Part shown: positions 1-10,509 of the stretch, one piece after another | How the letters are laid out: each line of letters opens with the position of its first letter | Position numbering within the stretch: position 1 is the stretch's first letter | DNA from: Azolla caroliniana | Lineage: Eukaryota > Plantae > Polypodiophyta | NCBI GenBank assembly: GCA_043228905.1 | Contig: JBHGNT010000008.1 | Location: 4,030,001-4,094,000, forward strand | Direction: 5' to 3' | Length of the DNA: 64,000 bases | Made by a program: the position numbers and the translations under genes | The notes under the pieces: model-generated | What the model saw: the letters and a program-made list of their open reading frames with translations, nothing else | Told to the model about the DNA's origin: nothing | The model's database searches: none

Positions 1-2876
1 TGATTGCCACAGATGATGGTAAGCTTGTGGAAGGGAATCAAGCTCAAAGATCTACCCATGGGAAAGAGAAAGGTGAACCAAATCCTAGTGGGAAGAAGAA
101 AAATGGAAAGCAGACTATTTCAGACTCTGAATTTGGAGTTGTACGCGGAATTGATTTCAAGAATGTTCAGACTGTAAGTGTTCAGAGCAGATATAGGAAT
201 TATACGTGGCAATATCACTGAACTCAACATGTTGTGATATTTAATATGTTTAAAAATCAAATGACTTTGTTGTCTTGTCATTTGGGTTTTTATTTGGCAT
301 CTCCCTAGTGTGACCAAAATGGTAACATGGTTCTTCAGTGGTGTCTAAACATGTTTCACTGTAATTGCATTCATGGCAGCTCCATATTTAGTTTCCTTTG
401 TCTCTGAATGTTTTTTCCTATCAATAGGTAATCAATTTTGATGCACCAAAAACACCTTCAGGTTATGTGCATCGAATTGGGCGGACAGGTCGTGCCCAAT
501 CAACAGGTGCAGCTATTTCCCTTGTAAGTATTATCTCAGAGCTATTTCCAGATATATGTATCAGTTCACAAAATGTATTCGCTTTCTCCTGGAGATCATT
601 GCTTGTCGATATGCTACAAGAGTTAATACCACATTCTTGATTGAAGAAATAGATGTTGGCATATGGCCTCAGGGATATCGTTTCTACAATCTATAGTAAT
701 CACAAGACTCTTGCTCTCTTGTTAGAAATCTGTACATACTGTTTTACCCATAATTTATGAAACTGGCTAATATACATGAATCTTGAAAAAGCACAACAAT
801 CAGGAAAATAAAAAGTTTAACCAGTTTGTGGCCTGTTTTGTAGATTTCTCCAGAAGATGAAAAACTCTTCAAAGACATTGAAGACATGTTAAGTGAAGGC
901 AGCAGCAGTGGAAAAACGAAGCACATCACAGAATTTCCTTTTCTTACGAAGAATGCTGTGGAGTCTTTAAGATATAGAGCTGAGGTACAAAGAACCAATT
1001 TATTTGATTTCTTGGTTTTTGTTTACCTGCTAGGGATTATTGTGGTAAATTAAACTGCCTTTTAGCTGTCCGTGCCCCAGATATTCATTAGTTGAGTTTA
1101 TGCGTCAGATTGTACAAATTTTGTGCACTTGTTCTTATGCGCATATTTGTTTAGATTGTTATTTGCAGCTCTTTCTATGTATTATCATGGTTCCCATTGT
1201 GGTGGTTTTGTTCATGATGTTTTTGAGTCACCATGTGACTTTTGACATAAATCGATGTCTACATATTTTCGTCCATGATATACCATAATTTTAGCCTCAA
1301 TTTCTTGGAGTCGCCACAAAAGACCTTTGGTCTTATGTCATAAAAATTCAAAATTTAACCTAACTTAATTGGTTTATGCTTCTAGTCATTGGGCTTCTAA
1401 CAAACAGTTTGGTTTCAATTATACCCTGTATTTTCTCGCATCACCTGTTTGAATATTTTTTTAGTTGTCTTTAAATTTTAACAAGATTTGATAAAAGCTG
1501 GCATATTCTCTCAGATTCTTTGAGTATGCATACCATTGCTACAAGATGTTGTTATGCTTGCCTAATCTCCTCTAGAAGTGATTGGTTAAACAATCAAATT
1601 TAATTTAGTGATATTATTACGATGGTTGACTGAAATAATTTAATCCAAAAACTGGGTTTCCTTGCAGGATGTGGCTAGGGGAGTGACAAAAGTTGCGATA
1701 AAGGAAGCACAAGCTAAGGAGCTAAGATTAGAAATTCTGAACTCTGAAAGGTTTGAGCTGTTTGAAATGGAATACTTTTAGGTTATGATGTCTAGTTCAT
1801 TGTAATCACATGGATATATGCACAGGCTAAAAGCTCATTTTGAAGACAATCCTACTGATCTTGGTAAGACTGAATAAAACATCAATTTTTTGTTTCATGT
1901 GTTGAAATCTCTGGTTTTGCGGGTAAATTGGTTTTCTTTTCATAATGTCATATATCCTATAGGTGTAGAAGATTAATAACGAAGAAAGAACCCTCTAAGA
2001 TTCCAAATGTACCAATGACACTGAACAAGTTATTACATCTTCAAATTGTCTATAATCCTGGAGAACAAATCCAAAATAAAAAACTAGAAGAGTAAATCTT
2101 GTCTCACTAGGTAGGAACCAGATGTGTGTACATCATGTACGTACTTTTGCATACAATTCATTTATAGCAAAGGAAAATGAAAACAGTGTCAGATGATCAA
2201 TAAGGTATTGGTATTTTTGGTGTGCTACTACCCTATACCTGTGTGTTTACCATATGGTATACATATATATGAGAGTCAGCTATGTCTAAAGAATGTGTGC
2301 TATGAAGACTACAGAGAGATCTTGTTTTTTGCATTATCATGTGAGATCAGAGAGTCATAATGTAGGAGATGATTTTTTGACCTCTCATATGGTTGTATGC
2401 ATTGCAGATTTGCTAAAACATGATAAAGTTCTGAGTAAAAGGCAGCCATTGCCACACTTAAAGTCAGTACCTGAATATATGCGAGATCCATCAACTGAAG
2501 CTGCAAGTAAAGCTCTGAAGCTTGCGAGAGCTGCAATGGGACAGATTTCAGGAGTGAAGAGAAAGAGGAGAGGTAGAACAGACGATCCTCTCAGAACCTT
2601 TTCAGCCAATGTGAGTTACCACTTCCATTCATTTCTTTCGAGTATACAATGCATTTATTCATGTTGTATATACATATAAAAATGTGGATATAAATTAGTG
2701 AACCTAGAAGTTAAATGTAACCATGATATTCTTTCACATCATAGGGAAGAAAAGGGAAGGCTGGACCTGATGGAGGGAAGAGCACTTTATGGGCCCGGAA
2801 GCAAGGAAAGAGAAAAGCTTCAGGCAGCAATGGCAAGCCTCGTGAGCGGAAAAAGAAACATAGACGTAACAAGTAA
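1..2876 (+). CDS. RH16: DEAD-box RNA helicase 16 (DDX56/Dbp9 orthologue), 3' part; 5' exons lie outside the window
   Basis: GT-AG exons <1-173, 428-523, 844-984, 1668-1750, 1826-1863, 2408-2610 and 2745-2876 splice in frame. They give [17 protein letters not shown]|[16 protein letters not shown] (motifs V/VI), ..VESLRYRAE|[27 protein letters not shown]|[15 protein letters not shown] and a basic tail ending at TAA 2874-2876, typical of DDX56/RH16. Confidence 0.92.
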
Positions 2877-3696
2877 AGCATCAACCAATTGTGGTTTCAA
2901 AGGATATGACTGAAATTGCATGGTGAAAAAATACACCATTTATTGTATTTATATAGTTGAGTTGCAGCACCCCAAATTTTGCCTCTTGAAGACATTAACT
3001 ATTGTGCCCTCCCTCCAATTGCTGATCAAGGTGTCTTTTGTGGAATATTTATTAATTGCTTAAGATCTAATGAATGTGTTGAAATGGTATTCCACCCTAC
3101 AATAGAATTTATGTGTATGTGCTCATGTACATCTGAATTGTGTGTAGGAGCATACATACATTGCCCGTATGGAAATTTTCTTGGCATGAATTGTATGGAT
3201 ATTTGCTGAGTAGGTTCATTGTCAACCTGCTTTCAACAGACACTCTAACCTGAGTGGGATTTAAGGGCAAATTGTCCTGTGAGGTGGTGCTTGACTTTTA
3301 GGTGATATTTCGCTAGATTAAGCTTCAATAATACAGTGCAAGACAGACTAATTTATATGGTATAATTGGAATGACGGTGAAGGAATGTTTTTTGTAAGTG
3401 AATGGTGATGGATGCAGCTCCTTTCTGGAAAATGTGCTTGTCCCTCATCTCTATTGTCATGTTTCAATGAGGTTCTTTGACATTATGCAGAACAAACCTG
3501 CTTAGAATATTAGGTACACCTGATCCTTGCATTATTGTTTAATAGTAAGCAAGTTGCTTTCTACTCCAATTTTGCTAATCTTCTTGATCTTGATGAAAAT
3601 TTTGCTATTGCTTGATTTAGTTCATTTTTAGCCAGGATGTCACTCATTTTATGATTTTCAGTGTAGATGAATTGTATAAGTAACCATGCCATTTTG

Positions 3697-3960
3697 AAAG
3701 AGAGAGAGAGAGAGAAGGAAAGAGAAATTAATGTTTTCTAAAGGCCAGAATAGGATTATGGTGTAAATCTTTATTAGAAATATGAGGGAATGCATGTCCA
3801 TATTATAACAAAAATAAAAGCTCTAGATTTCCTAAAGTTTCATGAGCATGATTTTATTGCATGTGGTCATATTATTTTGGAGATGGTTTGCAAGCATGAA
3901 GTGCTTATTTGATTATGGATTTAGGGATAGTGATTGGACATTGTATTTGAGGTTGTGAGA
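3697..3960 (+). repeat. (GA)n-headed old dispersed repeat, related to 36420-36650
   Basis: Both start with (GA)n and share gagatggttt(g/a)caagc(a/g)tgaa(g/a)tgc followed by tatgg..tgattg. Confidence 0.5.
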
Positions 3961-3968
3961 GATTGAGT

Positions 3969-4306
3969 TAGAGATGTTACTATTCTTTTCTATACTTAAG
4001 TTTTTTATCCAATAATAATTTCAGGCAACATTTAGTTGTATCAACCCTCTACTAAATTCGAGCAATAAGTTAGGGCCACAATTGAGAAATTGGCCTCTCA
4101 CTAGGATAGTTGTTACTTTACCATAGTTAGTGGGTTGGTAGAGATGTTACCATTCTTTTCTATACTTAAGTTTTTTATCCAATAATAGTTTCAGGCGACA
4201 TTTAGTTGTATCAACCCTCTACTAAATTAGAGCAATAAGTTAGGGCCATGAGAAATTGGCCTCTCACTAGGATAGTTGTTACTTCACCATAGTTGGTGGG
4301 TTGGCC
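3969..4306. repeat. 170-bp direct tandem duplication (2 copies)
   Basis: tagagatgttac(t/c)attcttttctatacttaag... begins at 3969 and again at 4139, near-identical. Confidence 0.9.
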
Positions 4307-5070
4307 TATGAGGTAGTTTGTTTCGAATGCCATGGTTACCAATTGGTCTTCCATTAGTAGACATTCTTCTTGTTCGTGCACCTTTTGCATGTAGGCTCCA
4401 AATCCTATAGGTCTCGTTGTATTTGTGAATGTAGGTTGTGTCATTGCAGAAGTCCATGACCAATCTAGTTACCCGTAGGAAGGGTCGCCCAATTAAGCAC
4501 TTGTAGGCTACTTGGTTTGTGGGCCTTTGTGTCAACGAAGATGAGCAAAAACTCAACTCCAACATGAGCTCGATTTACTTAGCTAGTATGTGGTTAAAAC
4601 TATGGGTGGGAGGTGGGAGAACTCCCATAGCTTTGTACACTTCTTTGAGGGATATTTTCATTGTAAGTGCAAGGATATATTGTAAGAGTGCCACGTTAAC
4701 ATTTTTCGTGAGGGCATCTGTGTATGCTCAAGGTTCAATGGCAGCAGTACATGACGATACATTCTTCTTTGAGTATTACATTTCGGGGTGGGATAATGGC
4801 CTAGTTTTCAAGTTCGCTCAAATTCAAGCTTGGTAGGTTGGGCACTAATTGTTCCGCTTCTTTTTTATGAAGGAGCTTGATGTACCCCTCAATACGTTGT
4901 TTTTCTTCTATTGGGTTTGGATAAGCAATGAGGTGTGTGGGTAATCCCTTGACTAGGTCTTTGGTAGTACCTTCCTTGCTTCATCTTCCACGGATGGAGT
5001 TGGTTGAATAAGAGAGGCCAGGCCGGTTTTGATTATTAGTTTCATTATGTCTTTTGTGGCTTCCTTTTCT
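4140..5070 (-). pseudogene. Degenerate LTR-retrotransposon gag/protease remnant
   Basis: The minus ORF 4284-4565 contains YKCLIGRPFL, resembling the retropepsin C-terminal LIGRPFL/ILGRPWL motif; the region is fragmented by stops. Confidence 0.4.
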
Positions 5071-5621
5071 TGTTGGCCAGTGGCGGCCAAGTATGGAAGG
5101 AGGAAGAGGCCAGTTGGTTCCTAGAAATATAATAACTAAGAATTATATTAGGAACGGTCGGATCCGAAAGAGGTATGCCGATTCGGATCCGGATCGATTC
5201 ATAGTCGGTTGCCGGTTAGGCATCGTTTTGTAGCACAGACTAGATGCTTATAAAAGGATCCAAATATCATTGTATGAACGACGAAACATTAATATAACAT
5301 CGTGTTATTATTGTCTATCTGATCTTTATTTCGTCTTGTGTTTAATGTATTGATCTTATGCGTGTAACATTGTGTGTTGTGAATCGGGTCTCCACCAGAC
5401 ATTAACCGGTTGAAGCATATCGGAGTCGGAAATCCTTATCGCAACCACCCCTTTGGTGAAGTGATCCGAAAGGACACCCTGTGTTAGTGGCTAGTTCGGC
5501 CCAAGAGTAACACAGTTTTGGCGTTCGGATCTGTCTGTTCCTAATAAAATTCTTAGTTATTATATTTCTAGGAACCAGCTCGCCTCTTCCTCCTTCCATA
5601 CTTGGCCGCCATTGGCCAACA
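5071..5621. mobile_element. Non-autonomous 551-bp element with 98-bp terminal inverted repeats, TGTTGG..CCAACA ends and 5-bp TSD
   Basis: 5071-5168 is the reverse complement of 5524-5621 (7 mismatches in 98 by eye); TTTCT flanks both ends (5066-5070 and 5622-5626). Confidence 0.88.
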
Positions 5622-5626
5622 TTTCT

Positions 5627-6090
5627 TTTGTGTCACAGTTTGTGTTTTCGAAAGCCATCTTATCCATAAGCTCTCTTATGATATTTTTTAGCCCATGCAT
5701 CTTTGACTCCATTATACATCCAAATAGTTTTGCCATTAGCGAGCCAACCATGATGTCATGATAGTTGTTTACATTATTTACATCTCCACCTTTTTGTAAA
5801 GGTTTGATCCAGTTTGTAGTCCAACAGTACGACATGTCATGTTGTAGAGCATGGACTGGAGGACGAAAGAAAACATTCAACGAGCTAGGGGTTTTAGGTA
5901 AACGGTTGATGGGTGTTGAAGCGACATCACGTCATTGGTTTGACAAAAGGATGAGTGAGGATAAGGTGAGTTCACAAAGCAAGATTAGCAAATCAAATAA
6001 GTGGATATATAGAACGATTTCAAAGGGCAAGCGAAGGATTCAGATGAATATTTAGGGAGCGATGTGAACTTGTAGGTCTTCATGCAAGGG
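5627..6090 (-). pseudogene. Degenerate LINE reverse-transcriptase fragment
   Basis: Minus ORF 5560-5880 KPLQKGGDVNNVNNYHDIMVGSLMAKLFG matches the LINE RT N-terminal P.KG.....NYRPI......K motif; frameshifted. Confidence 0.7.
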
Positions 6091-6226
6091 TTTACAAGCA
6101 TTGTTTTTTTATCTACTGACTAATTTGTGTACATTGGAGATGTTCAGAAGGATTGCCAATTGATGATGCAAATGGAGAGAACTGATCCCTCTGCATACTC
6201 TTTTTTTATCGTAATTACCTTATACT

Positions 6227-6918
6227 TAGCGATGGACCCGATTTCGGCTCAAACCGAATCGAACTGAAAAACCGTGGCTTAATGGTTTATAGGTTCAAAG
6301 ATAAATAAACGGTTTGGTTTGGTTTCAAATGTTACTAATCGGTTTCGGTTCAGTTCGGTTTTGAATTGACCGGTTTATCGTCTTATCGGTTTCTGTTTAT
6401 GTGGCTTGGTTTAAAGGTTTATAGGTTAAAAAATACTCATAAATATTCTCTATAGGCTCTAACTTTCAACTTTTAATTTTAAACTATTGTTTTAACTTAT
6501 TAAATTTTATATGTATTATATGTAGAGTCTCCTTTTCATTTATGATGATCAATTCTGATAAGTATGATGATCAAATTTATGATAAATATAATGATCAAAT
6601 TTATGATTAGTATGATGACCAAATTTATGATTAGTATGATGACCAAATTTATGATTAGTATGATGACCAAATTTATGATTAGTATGATGACCAAATTTAT
6701 GATAAGTATGATGACCAAATTTATGATGATTTTCTCACACAAATTTATAATAAGTATGATGATTAATATTAATAAAAAATGGTTTAGTTTGAAATTTTTC
6801 ATAAACGGCTTGGTTTAAATGGCTTCATAAATTTTAAAATAGTTTGGTTTGGTTTTTATTATTAATAAATGGTTTGGTTTGGTTTCAAGGCCAAGAAACC
6901 GAACCGGCCCCATTGCTA
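6227..6918. mobile_element. hAT-type non-autonomous element (MITE)
   Basis: TIRs TAGCGATGG../..CCATTGCTA, perfect 8-bp TSD CTTATACT (6219-6226 and 6919-6926), many subterminal AACCG/CGGTT motifs. Confidence 0.85.
6560..6730. repeat. 24-bp minisatellite (AGTATGATGACCAAATTTATGATT, ~7 copies) inside the MITE
   Basis: Direct reading; it explains the spurious repetitive ORFs 6536-6802 and 6564-6818. Confidence 0.92.
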
Positions 6919-6948
6919 CTTATACTAGCGATACGTTGTTATTACTAG

Positions 6949-7814
6949 TAGGAATCAGCAACGGTTCGGTTTCAGCAAACCAAACTTGTTAAGCCTTAAT
7001 TGGTTTGGGAGTTTCTAAACTTGAACAAAACCGGTTCCTAAATTGGTTGAAGGTAACTAGTTTGGCCAAACTAGTTAAGCATAAACCGATTTAGCCAATT
7101 GGAACAAAGAGGTTCAGTTCGGCTTCAGCCATCCTAAACCTAGCCTAAACTAGTTAAGAAAGTTCAAGCCCGAGTTGAGCCAAACAGAACCTCCAAACCT
7201 CAAATGGAGAGAACCAATCTTTCCGTGCACACACTTTCTTTTCATTGTAATTACCTTACCCTAGTGGTAAGTTTTTCATACTAGTAGGACAAGGCCTAAT
7301 TGGTTTGGGAGTTTCTAAACTGGAACAAAACCGGTTCCTAAATTGGTTGAGGGTAACTGGTTTGACCAAACTGGTTAAGCATAAACCGGTATAGCCAAAC
7401 CGATTAAGCCTTAATCTGTTTGGAACAATGAGGTTCGGTTCGGCTTGAGCCATCCCAAACCGGTTAAGAAAGTTGAAGCTTGAACTAAGTTGAACCAAAC
7501 CTTCAAAACTCAAATGGAGAGAACCAATCTCTCCTTACACACGTTTTTCCCCCCCCGTAATTACCTTACCCTAGCGTTAAGTTGTAATTACTAGTAGGAC
7601 AAGGTCAAATCGGTTAAGCTTAACCTGTTTAGGAGTTTCCAAACTTGAATCGAACTTGTTACCCTCAACTGGTTTAGGGAAGCCGATTAAGCCTTAACTT
7701 GTTTGGGAACAAGTTTGGAACAAAGAGGTTCAGTTCGGCTTGAGCCATCCCAAACCAGGTAAGAAAAGCTCAAGCTTGAAATGGAGGTTTGGTTCAAGCC
7801 GTTGCTGACTCCTA
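6949..7814. mobile_element. hAT-type MITE, internally triplicated with copies of its own left flank
   Basis: TIRs TAGGAATCAGCAACGG../..CCGTTGCTGACTCCTA; 8-bp TSD ATTACTAG/ACTACTAG; a ~310-bp unit starting caaatggagagaac recurs at ~6169, 7201 and 7511. Confidence 0.75.
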
Positions 7815-7833
7815 ACTACTAGCCCTTTGAGAG

Positions 7834-7947
7834 CAATTTTCTCACCTCTCTATTGCTCCATACATATCCTCATGATTTACTAGATGCCACGCCACCATAG
7901 AAATGTAAGGGTTGAGCCCACGACCTCCTCGTCTCCATTGGGCAACC
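7834..7947 (-). mobile_element. Partial copy of the tRNA-derived element seen at 61306-61520
   Basis: The reverse complement reads ggttgcccaatggagacgaggaggtcgtgggctcaacccttacatt..gtggcatctagt..aatagagaggtgagaaaattg, matching 61342-61451. Confidence 0.8.
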
Positions 7948-7954
7948 ATGTGGA

Positions 7955-8200
7955 CACACTCTTTTTCTCTCTCACACACATACACTCTTTCTCCTTTCTC
8001 TCTCTCTCTCTCACACACATACAATCTTTCTCCTTTCTCTCTCCCTATCTCTCTCACACACACACGCACCCACACTCTCTCTCATACACACACACACATA
8101 CACACACTTTCTCTCTCTCACACACATACTCTTTCTCCTTTCTCTCTCTCTCTCTCTCACACACACACACTCCCTCTCTCTCTCTCTCTCTCACTCACAC
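7955..8200. repeat. Compound (CT)n/(CA)n microsatellite, left of the LINE
   Basis: Direct reading. Confidence 0.95.
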
Positions 8201-10212
8201 GGTCCCTAGAGAGCGGTTGTTTGATAGGCTTAAGAGCTTGAGGATACCAGATGACATGGTTTGGGCCATCTACGCACTATATGAACAAGTGTCCGGGTGT
8301 GTTCGATGCCCAGGCGGCATATCCGATAGTTTCACTAGCACTATTGGTGTAAAACAAGGTTGCCCCTTATCTCCGACTCTTTTTGGGATCTACATTGATG
8401 AGATCACAGATTTTATTGCTCGTAAGGGAGGCAATGGAGTAGTCCTTGGAGATACGCAGGTGCATATCTTGCTCTATGCAGATGACATAGTTTTGCTCTC
8501 TGAATCCGAACACGACCTACAAAGGCACCTTAATGCCTTAGATGACTTTTGCACACAACGAGGATTGGTAGTGAATCTAGGGAAAACTAAAGTCCTTATC
8601 TTCCACACGTCGGCCCAAGTTGGGCCAAGTGTCACCTAACTATCTCCCATAGCCCAGTTGAGGTGGTTGGATCATATGTCTATCTCGGAGTCACTTTCAG
8701 TGCCCGCTCAGGTAAATTTTCGATGACACAAGCAGCGAAGGATAGACTTACAAGAGGACATGCATCCCTCTCACTCCTCGAGAGACAATGCCACCAAGCA
8801 TACTTCCAAGAGCCACGAACTAAAGGGTGGCTCTTTGACTCATTAGTGACTCCCTCTCTCATGTATGCATCAGCGGTTTGGGCCCCAGGACTACCATCTT
8901 TCATGTGGACGCAATTAGAGAGACCATTGGTGATGATGTTATCACGCCAACTCCGAAGCAAATCGTCGGTCCCACATGATATTATTAGGGCTGAGTTCAC
9001 TCTACCCCCTATGTTAGTAGAAGCACTTTTTCAACTGGTAGTCTTTATACACAGGATACATAACCAACCACTTGATAGAATATCCCACCAAGCCTTTAAG
9101 GCTTCTCGAGCATTGTATGAGTCCGGCTATACTAGCTCATGGTATGGCATGATGGTGAGTTGGCTTCTTGCCAACGGTCTAGACATTACTAACCTCCCCC
9201 CCCTTAAGTACGACCACACGAATGATAACACTTTACTCTCTCATGAGGACCGTAATAAAGTAATACGCCAAGAAATATGACAAATTTATACCCGGTATAA
9301 ATGGATCACCCCACTAGAGCCACTCCCATCTAAAATGTCGTACTATAAGGAACACTTTATGCACTTCTCTGAGTTAGGTTTTATCACGCGCCCAAAATAT
9401 CTAGATGTATTCTTACCACATGCACTAAGGGTTGTCATTGGTCAACTTAGAATATCATCTCACCAACTTGAGATTGAGAATGGACGTACTAATGGAGTCC
9501 CTAGGGAGGAAAGGATATGTAGGTTATGCCACATAGAGATAGAGGATGAGTACCATTTTACATGCAAATGCCCCACCTATGCCGAGATAAGGGCAAAATA
9601 CCAAGACATACTTGGTTCCTCTCCCACCCTCCCTAAACTATTAGATACACTAGATATAAAGAAATTAGGTAGATACATCTTAGAATTGAAACACCACAGA
9701 GAGAACAAATTACAAAACGTTGATAATAATGTTGCTAATGTTTACCAACATATAACAAATGAAGTTTTTCAGGAACAAGGGGAGACAATGAATGTCGACA
9801 CACCTGCACCACTCAGACTTCTCCTTGATGAAGCAGAAAATCAAAGAAGAACCAAACGCCCTCGGATGTCGGGTTTCAAAGCAACTCGACGAGATGTAGA
9901 AGCAATAAAGAAAATAAGGGAACGTGAACTACACCGCCTAGAAGCCATGGCTAGGGCACTCTATGCATCGGGACCATGGGTCACACCCACACCAAAAACT
10001 TTTGACCTCCCACTTCTTTTTGAGAGACTTGGGTGGAAATGAGATTAGGCTTGGTGCAAAGTTTTGTACACTACTAGAACTTTCTTAGCTTAAGCTATTT
10101 TCTTTTATTTTTAGTTTTGATGATTGGATAAACACTCATCTTTTGTTGTAACCTATTTGTCTCATGGGCCAAATTTGGCCTTAGAAGACGTTAATATATC
10201 TTTCTTTCTTTC
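8200..10212 (+). mobile_element. 5'-truncated RTE/RTEX-like LINE (RT C-terminal half + CCHC zinc finger), pseudogenised
   Basis: QGCPLSPTLF, LLYADDIVL, YLGVTF and LRISSHQLEIENGR..RICRLC..EDEYHF..CPTY motifs. One frameshift at ~8620 and an in-frame TGA at 9278-9280. The 3' end has the palindrome GGCCAAATTTGGCC (10167-10180) and a (TTTC)n tail. Clade assignment is by motif recall. Confidence 0.88.
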
Positions 10213-10347
10213 TCTCACTCACACACACACACACTCCCTCTCTCTCTCACTCCCTCTCTCTCTTACACACACACACTCTCTCTCTCTCACACACACACAC
10301 ACACTCCCTCTCTCTCTCTCTCTCACTCACACACACACACACACACA

Positions 10348-10420
<73 letters not shown>
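10200..10420. repeat. Compound (CT)n/(CA)n microsatellite, right of the LINE
   Basis: Direct reading. Confidence 0.95.
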
Positions 10421-10444
10421 CACATAATGTCCCCTGTTTCATAG

Positions 10445-10452
10445 TTTCCCGC
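10445..10452 (+). promoter_or_regulatory. E2F-binding consensus TTTCCCGC upstream of CTF18
   Basis: Exact TTTSSCGS match ~60 bp before the ATG of a replication gene. Confidence 0.65.
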
Positions 10453-10509
10453 GCTAACCAGAGAAACAGATTGTCTGTGTTGTGTGTGCGTGAGCTCTGC
10501 AGAGCAATA

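Noticed and set aside
6536-6818. Repetitive ORFs (IILIINLV / MMTKFMIS) and a possible CRISPR-like array
   Set aside because: A pure 24-bp tandem minisatellite without spacers, inside a MITE.
7842-8241. His/Thr/Ser/Leu-rich ORFs (also 10124-10595)
   Set aside because: Translations of CT/CA microsatellites.
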